Assembly: GCA_947038565.1 (NCBI GenBank)
Contig: CAMQWP010000005.1
Coordinates: 19,763-83,762, forward strand
Reading direction: 5' to 3'
Origin: an uncultured Clostridia bacterium
Lineage (GTDB): Bacteria; Bacillota; Clostridia; Christensenellales; UBA3700
Length of the DNA: 64,000 bases
Part shown: positions 19,820 to 30,000 of the stretch, piece after piece
Layout of the letters: every line of letters begins with the position of its first letter
How positions within the stretch are numbered: position 1 is the stretch's first letter
The notes under the pieces: model-generated
Told to the model about the DNA's origin: nothing
Seen by the model: the letters and a program-made list of their open reading frames with translations, nothing else
Database searches by the model: none
Position numbers and translations under genes: made by a program

Positions 19820-21547
19820 ATGAGCAGGAATAAAAAGAAAACACGGAAAGAGCTAGTAAAGAAAATATCTAAGCCGTATATGTTTTGGCTTATACTTGAC
19901 AGTATTATCATGCTTGGTAATACTGCTGTTGCTATGTACATGCCTTGGATGGTAGGTCAATGGCTAGAAGGAAGTGTTGATTTTATCACCTTAGCGGGGT
20001 TTGCGTCTTACTTGTCGGCTATGGGTATCTTTTTCGTAGCAAAGGTTATATCTGGTTTTATTCTTAGACGTAAAAAATATAAGATGGTAGGTAAATTTAG
20101 GTGTGATATATATGGTCGTATACTGAAATATCCTATGAGTTTCTATAATGGACTTACTACGGAAATGCTTACGGGCGTCATTATTGAAGATAGTATAGAG
20201 ATAAGAGATTACATATTTACGGACATTCCTAAGATGTTTGTCAATTTTATAACAGTAGTCAGCTGTATAAGTATGCTTTTCACAATTGACCCTGCTATTG
20301 CGGGAGTGATGATTACAGGTATTCCTATTTGCATTTTGGCGACTTTGCCTATTAAAAATAAATTATACAAAACATCTAAAAAACAAAAACAAGTTACTAT
20401 GGATATGCGATCTAATATTCATGATACATTGTACAATATAGAACAAGTAAAGATCAGTGGAAGAGAAAATAAAGAAAGGTCTATTGGTAAAAAACTGTTT
20501 AAAAAAGAATCTACAGTGCTGAGAACTCAGCGGTGGTTAGATGCTGTTTTGTCACCACTTATGTCTTTTATAGGCATTGGACTGTTTTTAGTAGTTGGAG
20601 GGTACTCTGTATTCAGGATTATTGAAGGTTATATTACTTTTGGTGGCATAATCAGTTTTATGCTTTATTTTACTTTAATTGTTACTGAAGTAGTAGGTAT
20701 TATTTTATCTATTACAAAGCGTGATAAGATATTAAATGTGCTTGATAGAGTACATGAAGTCTATGAGTGTAGTCCAGAGCAGTTGCAAATTGGCGAAAAA
20801 CTATCTTCGTTAGATAGTATAGAGTTTTCAGATGTGGCATTTAGCTATGGTGATAAAAAAGTATTGGACAGCATAACATTTAATGCTAAAAAAGGGGAAA
20901 TGGTTGCATTGGTTGGTGGCAGCGGTGCGGGTAAGTCGACTATATTCTCTCTTATAGAAATGTTCTACAAGCAAGACAGTGGTGAAATTAAAATAAATGG
21001 TGTAAAATCAAATGCATACTCATTGAATTCTGTTAGGAATGCAATTGCTTATGTTAATCAAAATTGCACACTGATGGAGTGTAGTATCAGAGATAATTTG
21101 ACATATGGTATCGAAAGAAATATTTCAGATGAAGAGCTCTTCCAGTATCTTAAGGTTACAGGTAGTGAAGAGTTTGTAAACGGATTGCCTTTGTCTCTTA
21201 ACTTTAAAGTGGTAGAAGGTGGTAAAGCGTTCTCAGGTGGTCAGCGACAAAAGCTCGCACTAACGAGAGCAATAATAAAAGATTTCGATTTGCTGTTGCT
21301 AGATGAAGCTACTGCAAGCCTAGACTCCGCGTCAGAAGCATTAATAGAAGGTTATGTGCGTGATATCAAAAATGACAAGTTAGTTATAATGATTGCTCAT
21401 AGATTATCAACTATTGTTACTGCGGATAATATCATTGTGCTAAAAGACGGTGTGATAGTCGATCAAGGTAATCATAAACAACTTCTAAGATCATGTCCGT
21501 ATTATAAGGATTTAGTAGATGAACAGTTTATTGATACTGAGCAATGA
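19820..21547 (+). CDS. ABC exporter, fused permease/ATPase
   Basis: N-terminal TM domain; GGSGAGKST, FSGGQRQ, LLLDEATASLD, IAHRLST. Confidence 0.95.
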   Translation: MSRNKKKTRKELVKKISKPYMFWLILDSIIMLGNTAVAMYMPWMVGQWLEGSVDFITLAGFASYLSAMGIFFVAKVISGFILRRKKYKMVGKFRCDIYGRILKYPMSFYNGLTTEMLTGVIIEDSIEIRDYIFTDIPKMFVNFITVVSCISMLFTIDPAIAGVMITGIPICILATLPIKNKLYKTSKKQKQVTMDMRSNIHDTLYNIEQVKISGRENKERSIGKKLFKKESTVLRTQRWLDAVLSPLMSFIGIGLFLVVGGYSVFRIIEGYITFGGIISFMLYFTLIVTEVVGIILSITKRDKILNVLDRVHEVYECSPEQLQIGEKLSSLDSIEFSDVAFSYGDKKVLDSITFNAKKGEMVALVGGSGAGKSTIFSLIEMFYKQDSGEIKINGVKSNAYSLNSVRNAIAYVNQNCTLMECSIRDNLTYGIERNISDEELFQYLKVTGSEEFVNGLPLSLNFKVVEGGKAFSGGQRQKLALTRAIIKDFDLLLLDEATASLDSASEALIEGYVRDIKNDKLVIMIAHRLSTIVTADNIIVLKDGVIVDQGNHKQLLRSCPYYKDLVDEQFIDTEQ

Positions 21548-21598
21548 GTTGATAATACAGTTGAATTATTTGTCAATTTACAAGAAAAAATAAATAAG

Positions 21599-21636
21599 AA
21601 AAATAGCACCAATCAAGTATTGGTGCTATTTTTTTT
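21599..21636. terminator. Bidirectional intrinsic terminator
   Basis: AAAAATAGCACCAAT-caagt-ATTGGTGCTATTTTTTTT between convergent genes. Confidence 0.88.
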
Positions 21637-21655
21637 CGTAAGTGATGATTTAATA

Positions 21656-22447
21656 TTATTTATGCGTGCATTTAATTATGGGCGTATTTTTTCTAGCCTC
21701 AGAAGGCGTTATACCTGTGATAGATAGAAAGTTCCTATTAAAGTTACGAGTGCTGTCGTATCCGCACATTGAAGCAATGTTTGTAATAGTGAAGTCATCA
21801 TGTCTAAGCAAAGTTAGTGCATATTCTATTCTGTAATCATTTAGTGTTTGAGCGAAATTTTTATTGAAACATTTGCTAAATAAATTCGACACATAATGAC
21901 TATTGTATCCCAGTATTTTAGATAAATCTACTAGTGATGGTGATTTGTTGAATTCGGACTCGAAGTAATTTAGTGTTTTGATTACAAAAGAACGATACTT
22001 TTGATCTCTGTCAAAAAATTCATTGTTATCGTAAAGATGTGCGATAATAGTGCATAATTTAGCCGATAATTTGAATTGATTATCCTTATATAGAGCAATC
22101 TCAGATATTAAATCTTCAATATTGTCCATATGTAATATTGGTGTAGTAGTATATATATCCTTAAATGTCGAATATAGTCCTGGTACATAATGAGTAGAGA
22201 ACACCCCAATGAAACAACTAGATGAAATAGATGTGGTAATAGAGTGTGTTTGATTAGGAAGTATTATGCATATCTCATGAGTATGTAAAACATGTTCTAA
22301 GTTGTCGATTTTTATTGTTAAATTGCCTGAGTGGCAGTATATAACCTCGAAGTTTTTGTGATAATGTAATCCAAAATTAAGGTCATGATGTTCTTCTATT
22401 GAATAGTATCTTTCAGTGTTAACATGCTTTGATTCGTAAAATATCAT
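21656..22447 (-). CDS. AraC family transcriptional regulator
   Basis: Cupin N-terminus LHYHKNFE; C-terminal ITNIASMCGYDSTRNFNRNF...GITPSEAR. Confidence 0.93.
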   Translation of the reverse strand: MIFYESKHVNTERYYSIEEHHDLNFGLHYHKNFEVIYCHSGNLTIKIDNLEHVLHTHEICIILPNQTHSITTSISSSCFIGVFSTHYVPGLYSTFKDIYTTTPILHMDNIEDLISEIALYKDNQFKLSAKLCTIIAHLYDNNEFFDRDQKYRSFVIKTLNYFESEFNKSPSLVDLSKILGYNSHYVSNLFSKCFNKNFAQTLNDYRIEYALTLLRHDDFTITNIASMCGYDSTRNFNRNFLSITGITPSEARKNTPIIKCTHK

Positions 22448-22829
22448 TATGTGCCTCCTTAGAATAATTATTTCTATATGCTATGATTTAAAATGCAGAT
22501 TTGGTATATTCTTACTTTATGTCTACTATTGTAGTACAAATATCTTGTATTGTCAATAGAAATAGTGTAAAATATTAATATAATGTTATTAATGTGGAAT
22601 AGTGACATATATCTACGTGTTTTTGTTGTTAATATAATAAGTAAATAGAGATAATAATATTAGTTTAATTTGCATTTGCATTCTATTGACAATATTAGAT
22701 ATAGTAGACAACCATAAATTAATGCAGTTATATTATTTTAGTGGGTGAGATTATTTAATTAAAAGTACTAAATTGTATATATAATTAAAATATTACAATT
22801 GATAAGAAATGGGAAAATTAGGAGAAAAT

Positions 22830-24617
22830 ATGAGCGATAATAAGCAAGAAATGAATGTATGTAGTGAAAGTGTGGATAATGTTGAATTGAATTCGGAACC
22901 AAACACGATCATTGGAGACGAATTTAGCGATGAAATGTCTTCTATTCCAGATATGTCGGGAGATGATGGTGATAATAGTGGTAAAAAATCAGCATTCAAA
23001 AAACTAGCTAGGTATTGGAAAGCACCTGCACCTGGTAGATACATGCCTTTTAAAGAAATAGCAGCATATGGTGTAGGAGGAATGGGTATCCATTTTATGA
23101 TATCATTCTTAAACTGTGCGTTTGCTCCGCTTATACTGATGATCATGTATGGGTTGACGCCTATGCATGCTACTACTATTACAGTAATCGTTGCGGTGAT
23201 AAACCTAGTTATCATGCCGTTTTTATATAGGAAATTTGATACTGTTGATACAAAACGTGGTAAATTTAGGACATTTATAGGTATACTTGCTCCATTACTT
23301 GCTGGATTGATAGTACTATCATCATTCGCACCTCAATTAGGTGCTACTGGAAAGATGATATACGCTTATTTTACTGTTATACCTACGTTAATTTTATCAG
23401 GTTTACTTACAAATATCTACAACATGATGCCTACTACCCTTACTCCAAACTCTCAAGAGCGTGCGGATATGTTAAGTCCCGCATCACTAATATTTTCGAT
23501 AGCACCGACAGTTGTAAATTTCGTATTTATGCCAATTCGTGGTATTTTCCAGAAATTAGGAAAAGAGTACCTAGCGTTTAGATATATGGGTATAGTATTT
23601 GCGATATTAGGCTGTGCGATAGCATTCATATTAGTAAAGTGGACAAAGGAAAAGGTCTTCGTTGTTGCAAAAAAAGCTGATAAAATAGATACTAAACAAG
23701 CATTAAAAGACTTGTTTAAGAATAAAGCATTTATTCTATTGACCATCTTTAATATACTTGGACCGCTAAAAGTAATGTTCGATGCAAATATTGCAATACT
23801 GTTTGATTATAGATTTAGTGCTGAAATAGGTGACGGCAATATTTGGTCAGCGCTTATAAATTTAACTGCTCCTCTTGCTACAGTATCAATGCTTGCAATT
23901 CCATTTATATTAAGAAAACTTAAGAAAAGAGATTTGCTGATCGGTATTAACGTGGTCAATGGTCTTATGATGCTTATTCTGGGTATCGTTGGTTTTGAGA
24001 ATATCCCGATCGGTGTTCCGACAATGGCGTTGACTTTCTTCATAAAGGCAATTTCAATGTTCAATGTGGGAATGACCGTTATAATTATCCCTACAATAAC
24101 TTGCGAGCTATATGATCAACAGCAATTAATTACAGGTAAACGTCTTGAAGGATTTATGAGTACTGTTACTGGATACATAGGTATTGTTGGTATTATATTG
24201 GCTTTCGTTCCAGCATTAATACAAGAACAACTAGGATTCTTGCCAGGTGAAAATATTTTCAGACCAGGTAATGAGCTTTACGATCCAAACTTTGCTATAC
24301 CTATTGCAACAAATTGGCTTAATGTTACTGCATGGATATCAGCAGGTACTACACTTGTATCTATAATACCTCTGTTCTTTTACAAACTTACAGAGAAAAG
24401 ACATAAAGAGATCATTGAAGAGTTAAAAGAGAAAGCTACTCAGTATCAATTGGAGACTGGCGAAGTGAATGGCGATGCTATCAACGTACTGCATGAAGTA
24501 CAGTATGATGATGAAGGAAACGTTATTGATAAAATAGATTGTACGGAGGAGTTGTTAGAATCAATTGATATATCATTAGTTGATGACGATGATAATAAAG
24601 ATGACTCTACAGTTTAA
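22830..24617 (+). CDS. MFS sugar transporter, GPH/MelB-like
   Basis: About 12 TM segments; DTKRGKFR, TPNSQER, TGKRLEG motifs; start placed at ATG 22830 behind AGGAG (ORF track starts at 22809). Confidence 0.85.
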   Translation: MSDNKQEMNVCSESVDNVELNSEPNTIIGDEFSDEMSSIPDMSGDDGDNSGKKSAFKKLARYWKAPAPGRYMPFKEIAAYGVGGMGIHFMISFLNCAFAPLILMIMYGLTPMHATTITVIVAVINLVIMPFLYRKFDTVDTKRGKFRTFIGILAPLLAGLIVLSSFAPQLGATGKMIYAYFTVIPTLILSGLLTNIYNMMPTTLTPNSQERADMLSPASLIFSIAPTVVNFVFMPIRGIFQKLGKEYLAFRYMGIVFAILGCAIAFILVKWTKEKVFVVAKKADKIDTKQALKDLFKNKAFILLTIFNILGPLKVMFDANIAILFDYRFSAEIGDGNIWSALINLTAPLATVSMLAIPFILRKLKKRDLLIGINVVNGLMMLILGIVGFENIPIGVPTMALTFFIKAISMFNVGMTVIIIPTITCELYDQQQLITGKRLEGFMSTVTGYIGIVGIILAFVPALIQEQLGFLPGENIFRPGNELYDPNFAIPIATNWLNVTAWISAGTTLVSIIPLFFYKLTEKRHKEIIEELKEKATQYQLETGEVNGDAINVLHEVQYDDEGNVIDKIDCTEELLESIDISLVDDDDNKDDSTV

Positions 24618-24676
24618 ATGAATGATTAAAATTGTCTCACATTGCATAGTTGCTGTGTGAGGATAAGGAGAACTTA

Positions 24677-26650
24677 ATGAAAAAATTGTCGATAATTAAA
24701 GGCGACACTACCTTATATTTAAATAGTGATAATTTAGATTATAGTGTATGTAAAAATGGTTTTGAGTGGGTAAGTCAAGGTGCTGAACCTGTGATATATT
24801 TCCAAAGAAAAATACTAGGAAGATATATAAGCATTGCTAAAAAGTTTAGCTCTGCTGGACATATCGAGCATAATGTTTTTCGGGATACAATTGTAAGTTC
24901 ATTTTCTGAATTCACAGTATTCGGTAAAAAACTTAAGATTAGTTTGTTTGTAAAAGGTCAAATCATTGATAATGGCAAGGTCGATTTTAGTATTGTAGCA
25001 AATCATGAGAAGGGGATGAATATAAAAAGTATATATTTCCCAAGACCATTCAATGCTAAAGAGTATGATAAAAGCAATTCTTATACTATTGATCCTATGC
25101 GTCAGGGATTTATCTTACCTGATAATCATAGCGATAACATACAAGAGATAAATAAAATTACTAAGCGTACAAGAGTGATAAATACTGGCGATGCTTACCT
25201 TCCTATATGGGGAAGAGTATGTGGCGAAAGAGGTTATGCGGGCATAATAGAAGATAGTCATGACGCGAATCTAAAATCTAGCTTTGGAGCTGATGGTGCG
25301 TTTTTAACTTCTTCTAGCTTCTTAGGTAGTCTAGGTAAGTTAGAATATAAGAGAATAGTTCATTATCATTTTTATGACAAGTGTGACTACGTTACTATAG
25401 CTAAAGAGTTTAGAGCACAAGAAATTTCGCAAGGGAATTTTATTACTATTGATGACAAAATAAAAGCTAACTCGAATGTGTCTAGCTTGATCGGTGCACC
25501 TATAGTCCATTGGCGTATAATGGAAAATAACGTTACAACTAGCGGTATATATAAAGAGCTAAAGATCGGCGAAATTTTCCATAATACTTTTGGAGAAACT
25601 GCTGATTTATTTAGAAAATATCAGTCGCTTGGTCTTAATAAAGCTTATGTTCATACGGACGGATGGGGAAAAAGGGGGTATGATAATCTACATCCTTATA
25701 TACTACCACCGTGCGAGAATGCTGGCGGTTGGGAAGGATTGAAAAATCTATCCGATACCTGTCATGAGTTAGGATATAAGTTTGGATTACATGATCAGTA
25801 TCGTGATTATTATCAAGATAGCGAAGTGTATAATCAAGAGCATTGCATCGTGGATATTAATGGTAAAAAAGCTTATTGCGATTACTGGGCGGGTGGTGCT
25901 CACAACGTACTATGTTCTCAGTTAGCTAAAGAGTATGTAGAGAGAACGTACAGAGAACTTTCAGAACACAACATTAAAGTTGACGGTACATATTTAGATG
26001 TGTTCGGCATTATGAATGGTGACGAATGTTATCATAAAGACCATAGGATTACTAGGAAAGAGAGTATCGCTTACAGAGCTGAGTGTTTTGAAATGCTTAG
26101 AGCTGATGGAATAATAGTAAGTAGTGAAGAATTAGGTTGCCAAATGGTTAAAAATTTGGACATGGTTCATCACGCACCTTATGCCGTTTCTCCTCAATGC
26201 AGGGGTGATCAAGTAGGTATACCTATCCCTCTTGCAAATCTTGTTTATCATGACTGTGTATTTGTGCCGTGGCACATAGAAGGCACTGGCGGTTGGGGTA
26301 TTCCTAACTCTGATGCGGGATTCTTGCACTGCATGCTTAATGGTCAGTCGCCGTACTTTAATGACTCTATGAAACCGATGTCTAAAGATACTGACGAGCA
26401 ACTAGTTGAGAGGATTAGAAAAGTCAATATAGCAGCTGATTTTAATGCAAAAGTATATAATGCTGAGATGGTAAGCCATAAGTTCATAGACGAAAAATAC
26501 AGGATCCAACAAACTAAGTTTTCTAATGGTGTGAGTGTCGTTGTTAATTTCGACAATAATACCTTTAAAATATATAGGTGTAATATTGAACGCGTATCTA
26601 ATATTATGTGCGTAGCGAAAATTTACAATGTTTTTATGAAAAAAATGTGA
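24677..26650 (+). CDS. GH129-like alpha-N-acetylgalactosaminidase (DUF5696 type)
   Basis: HTDGWG..GYDNLHP, AGGWEG, GLHDQYRDYY, YLDVF, SSEE motifs; ATG 24677 behind AAGGAG; no signal peptide. Confidence 0.8.
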   Translation: MKKLSIIKGDTTLYLNSDNLDYSVCKNGFEWVSQGAEPVIYFQRKILGRYISIAKKFSSAGHIEHNVFRDTIVSSFSEFTVFGKKLKISLFVKGQIIDNGKVDFSIVANHEKGMNIKSIYFPRPFNAKEYDKSNSYTIDPMRQGFILPDNHSDNIQEINKITKRTRVINTGDAYLPIWGRVCGERGYAGIIEDSHDANLKSSFGADGAFLTSSSFLGSLGKLEYKRIVHYHFYDKCDYVTIAKEFRAQEISQGNFITIDDKIKANSNVSSLIGAPIVHWRIMENNVTTSGIYKELKIGEIFHNTFGETADLFRKYQSLGLNKAYVHTDGWGKRGYDNLHPYILPPCENAGGWEGLKNLSDTCHELGYKFGLHDQYRDYYQDSEVYNQEHCIVDINGKKAYCDYWAGGAHNVLCSQLAKEYVERTYRELSEHNIKVDGTYLDVFGIMNGDECYHKDHRITRKESIAYRAECFEMLRADGIIVSSEELGCQMVKNLDMVHHAPYAVSPQCRGDQVGIPIPLANLVYHDCVFVPWHIEGTGGWGIPNSDAGFLHCMLNGQSPYFNDSMKPMSKDTDEQLVERIRKVNIAADFNAKVYNAEMVSHKFIDEKYRIQQTKFSNGVSVVVNFDNNTFKIYRCNIERVSNIMCVAKIYNVFMKKM

Positions 26651-26680
26651 AGATCTATGTGAAAAAACACAAAAAACTAC

Positions 26681-26708
26681 TTGACAAATACAAATATGGT
26701 GGTACAAT
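26681..26708 (+). promoter_or_regulatory. Sigma-A-type promoter upstream of the large lipoprotein gene
   Basis: TTGACA-N16-TACAAT with extended TG. Confidence 0.6.
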
Positions 26709-27090
26709 AAAAAAGTAAGTACAATAAATACGTTGCATATTAGTTCACATATTGCATGCATGCTAATCATTTTTTTAGTTTGAATTCAATTGTATTAGAA
26801 TGGTCGAGTCTGTGGCTAGCATGTATGGTGTTTGTTTTTGTGTTCCAGTAAAGGATTGCGATTAATTAGACCTCAATATCCAATGCGTTTTGAATAATTT
26901 GTAACTAATATGATTGTTAATACAACCAGTAAAGTTATATGTTAGCCTTTAAAACAAAGCGTATATGATTATAATAGGTATTACATTGAGTATTACCTAT
27001 TAAATTGATGATTTTACTGTCTTTCTATATGTGTAAATGCATATGTAGATTACAGTTTAATACATAAATTAAAATAAAGGAGAGAAATAT

Positions 27091-30000
27091 ATGAAAAAGA
27101 AAATAACGGTGATGTTTTCTGTCTTACTTGTATTAGTTTTGCTTGTCAGCACGCTAGTAGCATGTAAGAAAGAAGACGACGAAAAAAAGAAGCCAACACC
27201 TCCTACTGCTAATGATATAGCAGAAGGTTATGCTGGTGAAATGAAAGATCTATTAGTTAATAGTATCGGTGCGGATATCGCAAACGGCTTCAACATGGAT
27301 TTGACAGGTGAGGTCGGTTTTGACTTTAAGTCGGCTGATAAAGATAAATATGACTGGAACTACAGTTACGATATTGCAGGTAATGTTTTATCAAAAGCTG
27401 GCGTTAACAGTGATTTCAGAATTGTAATCAAAGACGGAGCGAATGTAAAGTTTGGGCTTTGGAACAAGGGAGGAGATTTATTTATCCAAGCATCGGATAA
27501 GCAGTATAAGTATGATGACACTTCTATCATGGTATTGTTAAATACACTTATAGCTAAGCATGTTCCGAATTTTGCTGGCTTAACTACGCTACCAGAGATC
27601 AGTGTAGGTGGAGGCACTATTGGTGAAATTCTTCAACTATTAGACATGGGACTACAAATGCTTTGTGCTGATCCGAATGTGGAGGATTTAGACGCTAACC
27701 TAATGATATCTAAGGTAGATAATACATATACTGCAAAAATTCAAGTTGACGTATTGAAGTCAATACTTGGATTAGCTCTAAAAGATATGGATTTAAGTTT
27801 TATACCAAGCGGACTAGTAGTAGATCTTGTTATGGTTGCAAATGATGATAAGACTATTAAAAAGTTAGACGTGAAGGCTGATGTTACGGGTACAGAAGAG
27901 GGCAAATTGAATTTTGAACTTAACACTTCTAACCGTGGATTATTCGCCGCAGTAAATGCTGATTTTAAAGTAAATGTACCTGATGCACTACTTGCAGTAG
28001 AAAGTAAACACAAACTTATCAATTTTAATATTGATAGCACTGTAAAGTTTATGGACGCTGATAAGAAAGTTGTCCGTGATATGGTATCAAGCATTGATGT
28101 AGATATCAATCCGACAGTATTAAGCCAGGGATATACTAAAGAAACATTTATGAAACTAGGATACTTCAGTATGACAGTTAAAGTTAATGATGGACCATAC
28201 CTAATAGGTTTAAGCTTTAACCCAGAGGCAACAGGCGACGATTGCGTAAATGTTTTTCTAATGTTAGCGCAAGACAATAACGATATATCAAATCCTGCAA
28301 AGGATATGGCATACGCAGGTCAATTTAGTATTAGTACATTAATTGCTAGCTTGACTAAAAATGTAGATTATACTAATCCTGTAAAGCCTGCTCCAGTATC
28401 TACTATGGTTGCAGCAGAAGGTGGTATAAACTCTACTATTAAAACTATTCTTAATACTATATTACCTATGTTAGGTATTAAAGTTGACATTAGTCCTATA
28501 ATCGACTGTATTGATATTAAAAATGGTATTTCAACTATAGATTGTAAGACTCTTTTCGTAGAGCTTGACAAATTAATCGGTTCTAATATCTTTAGTAAAC
28601 CAATTTTAGGCGAACTAAGCGTACCTAATCTATTATTCGGCAAGGGCGTACAGTATATAGAGCTTGATACAACTAAATCAGAATACGGCACTGCTCAAAA
28701 TGTCGTACTTGATCCAAATATGTTCATAGCAAAAGGTATGGAACGCAAAGTAAATGAAGGAAACGGATTCATTAAGACAAGTACTATAAAAGTAGATGAG
28801 ACAAAATTTGTTGGAAAATTTGAGTTCGGTACAGCTATCGAAGATGTATATCCAACAGTTCCAGTAAGCTATAGTAACACTAGTGGAGAGTTAAAAGAAA
28901 GTAATCTTATGATCGGTGGTATTATCGGTTATAATCCACTTATAGCAGGTAAACAAAATATTACTTTACAGTGCATAATGATTTCAGAGATCGGTGGTCT
29001 AGTTGATATCATTGGAGGATTTATTGGAGGAGATAAACCACTTTCTTTAATGCCATATATATCTTTCATACCTATAAATATGGAAGTAGAAGTATATGAA
29101 AAATCTGCAGTAACTATAGTAACTGAAGGTGTTACAACAATGAAAGTTGGAGATAATTTATTCGATACTATAGCTACAAAATTATCTGTAGGCGGTAGAG
29201 AATATCCAATAGCAGATAACAGACACTTTATCAAAACAAAACTTATTGATATTATTGATGGAAGTGATCTTGCAAAGAAAGCAGGAGTATACACTTTAGA
29301 GTTTAATATTTCTGGAGAAGTTTGCACAATGGCTATAACAGTAGTAGACGTGAAAAATGCAAACATAGTTCTTGGATCAAATCTTGCAGAAACGTTAAAA
29401 CCAACTATGTTTACGGACGTAGAAACAGCTCTAGCCGCTGATGATATCACATCTATTATGATAGACGATATTGATGTGAAGAGTGATCTTATTACTGCTG
29501 ACGGCATAATTGCAGAACTAAAACAATATTTAGGAAAAACAGCTACTATTAATTACAGCGTAGTGGTGAATGATATTACAATGACATTTGCACGAGAAGC
29601 TGTTGTATGTCCGAATGGTAAAAATGTAACCGTAATGTATACTCAATCATCTTTTTATAGTGATCTTACAGTTAATTCAACTTTAGATTTTGTTATATGT
29701 ATTGACTTATATGATAATGGTGTTAAATTAGAACAAGATATTAGAATCAGAATGAATGCAATAGTTAATCATAATATGGATTATACATATTTCGTTAATA
29801 ATGAAAATGTAACAGAAAGTAATATCGTTGTAACTATATTAGATACAAATGGTGCTGATGTTACAGCTGAAGTATTAAATGATAATGGTACATTTAAAAC
29901 AGCTGGCACTTATGATATTAAAGTAAGTGGAACATTTAAGTATAATGGCGAGTTAGTAACAATTAAAGATAATGAAAAAGATGGCTATATTTTAAATGGT

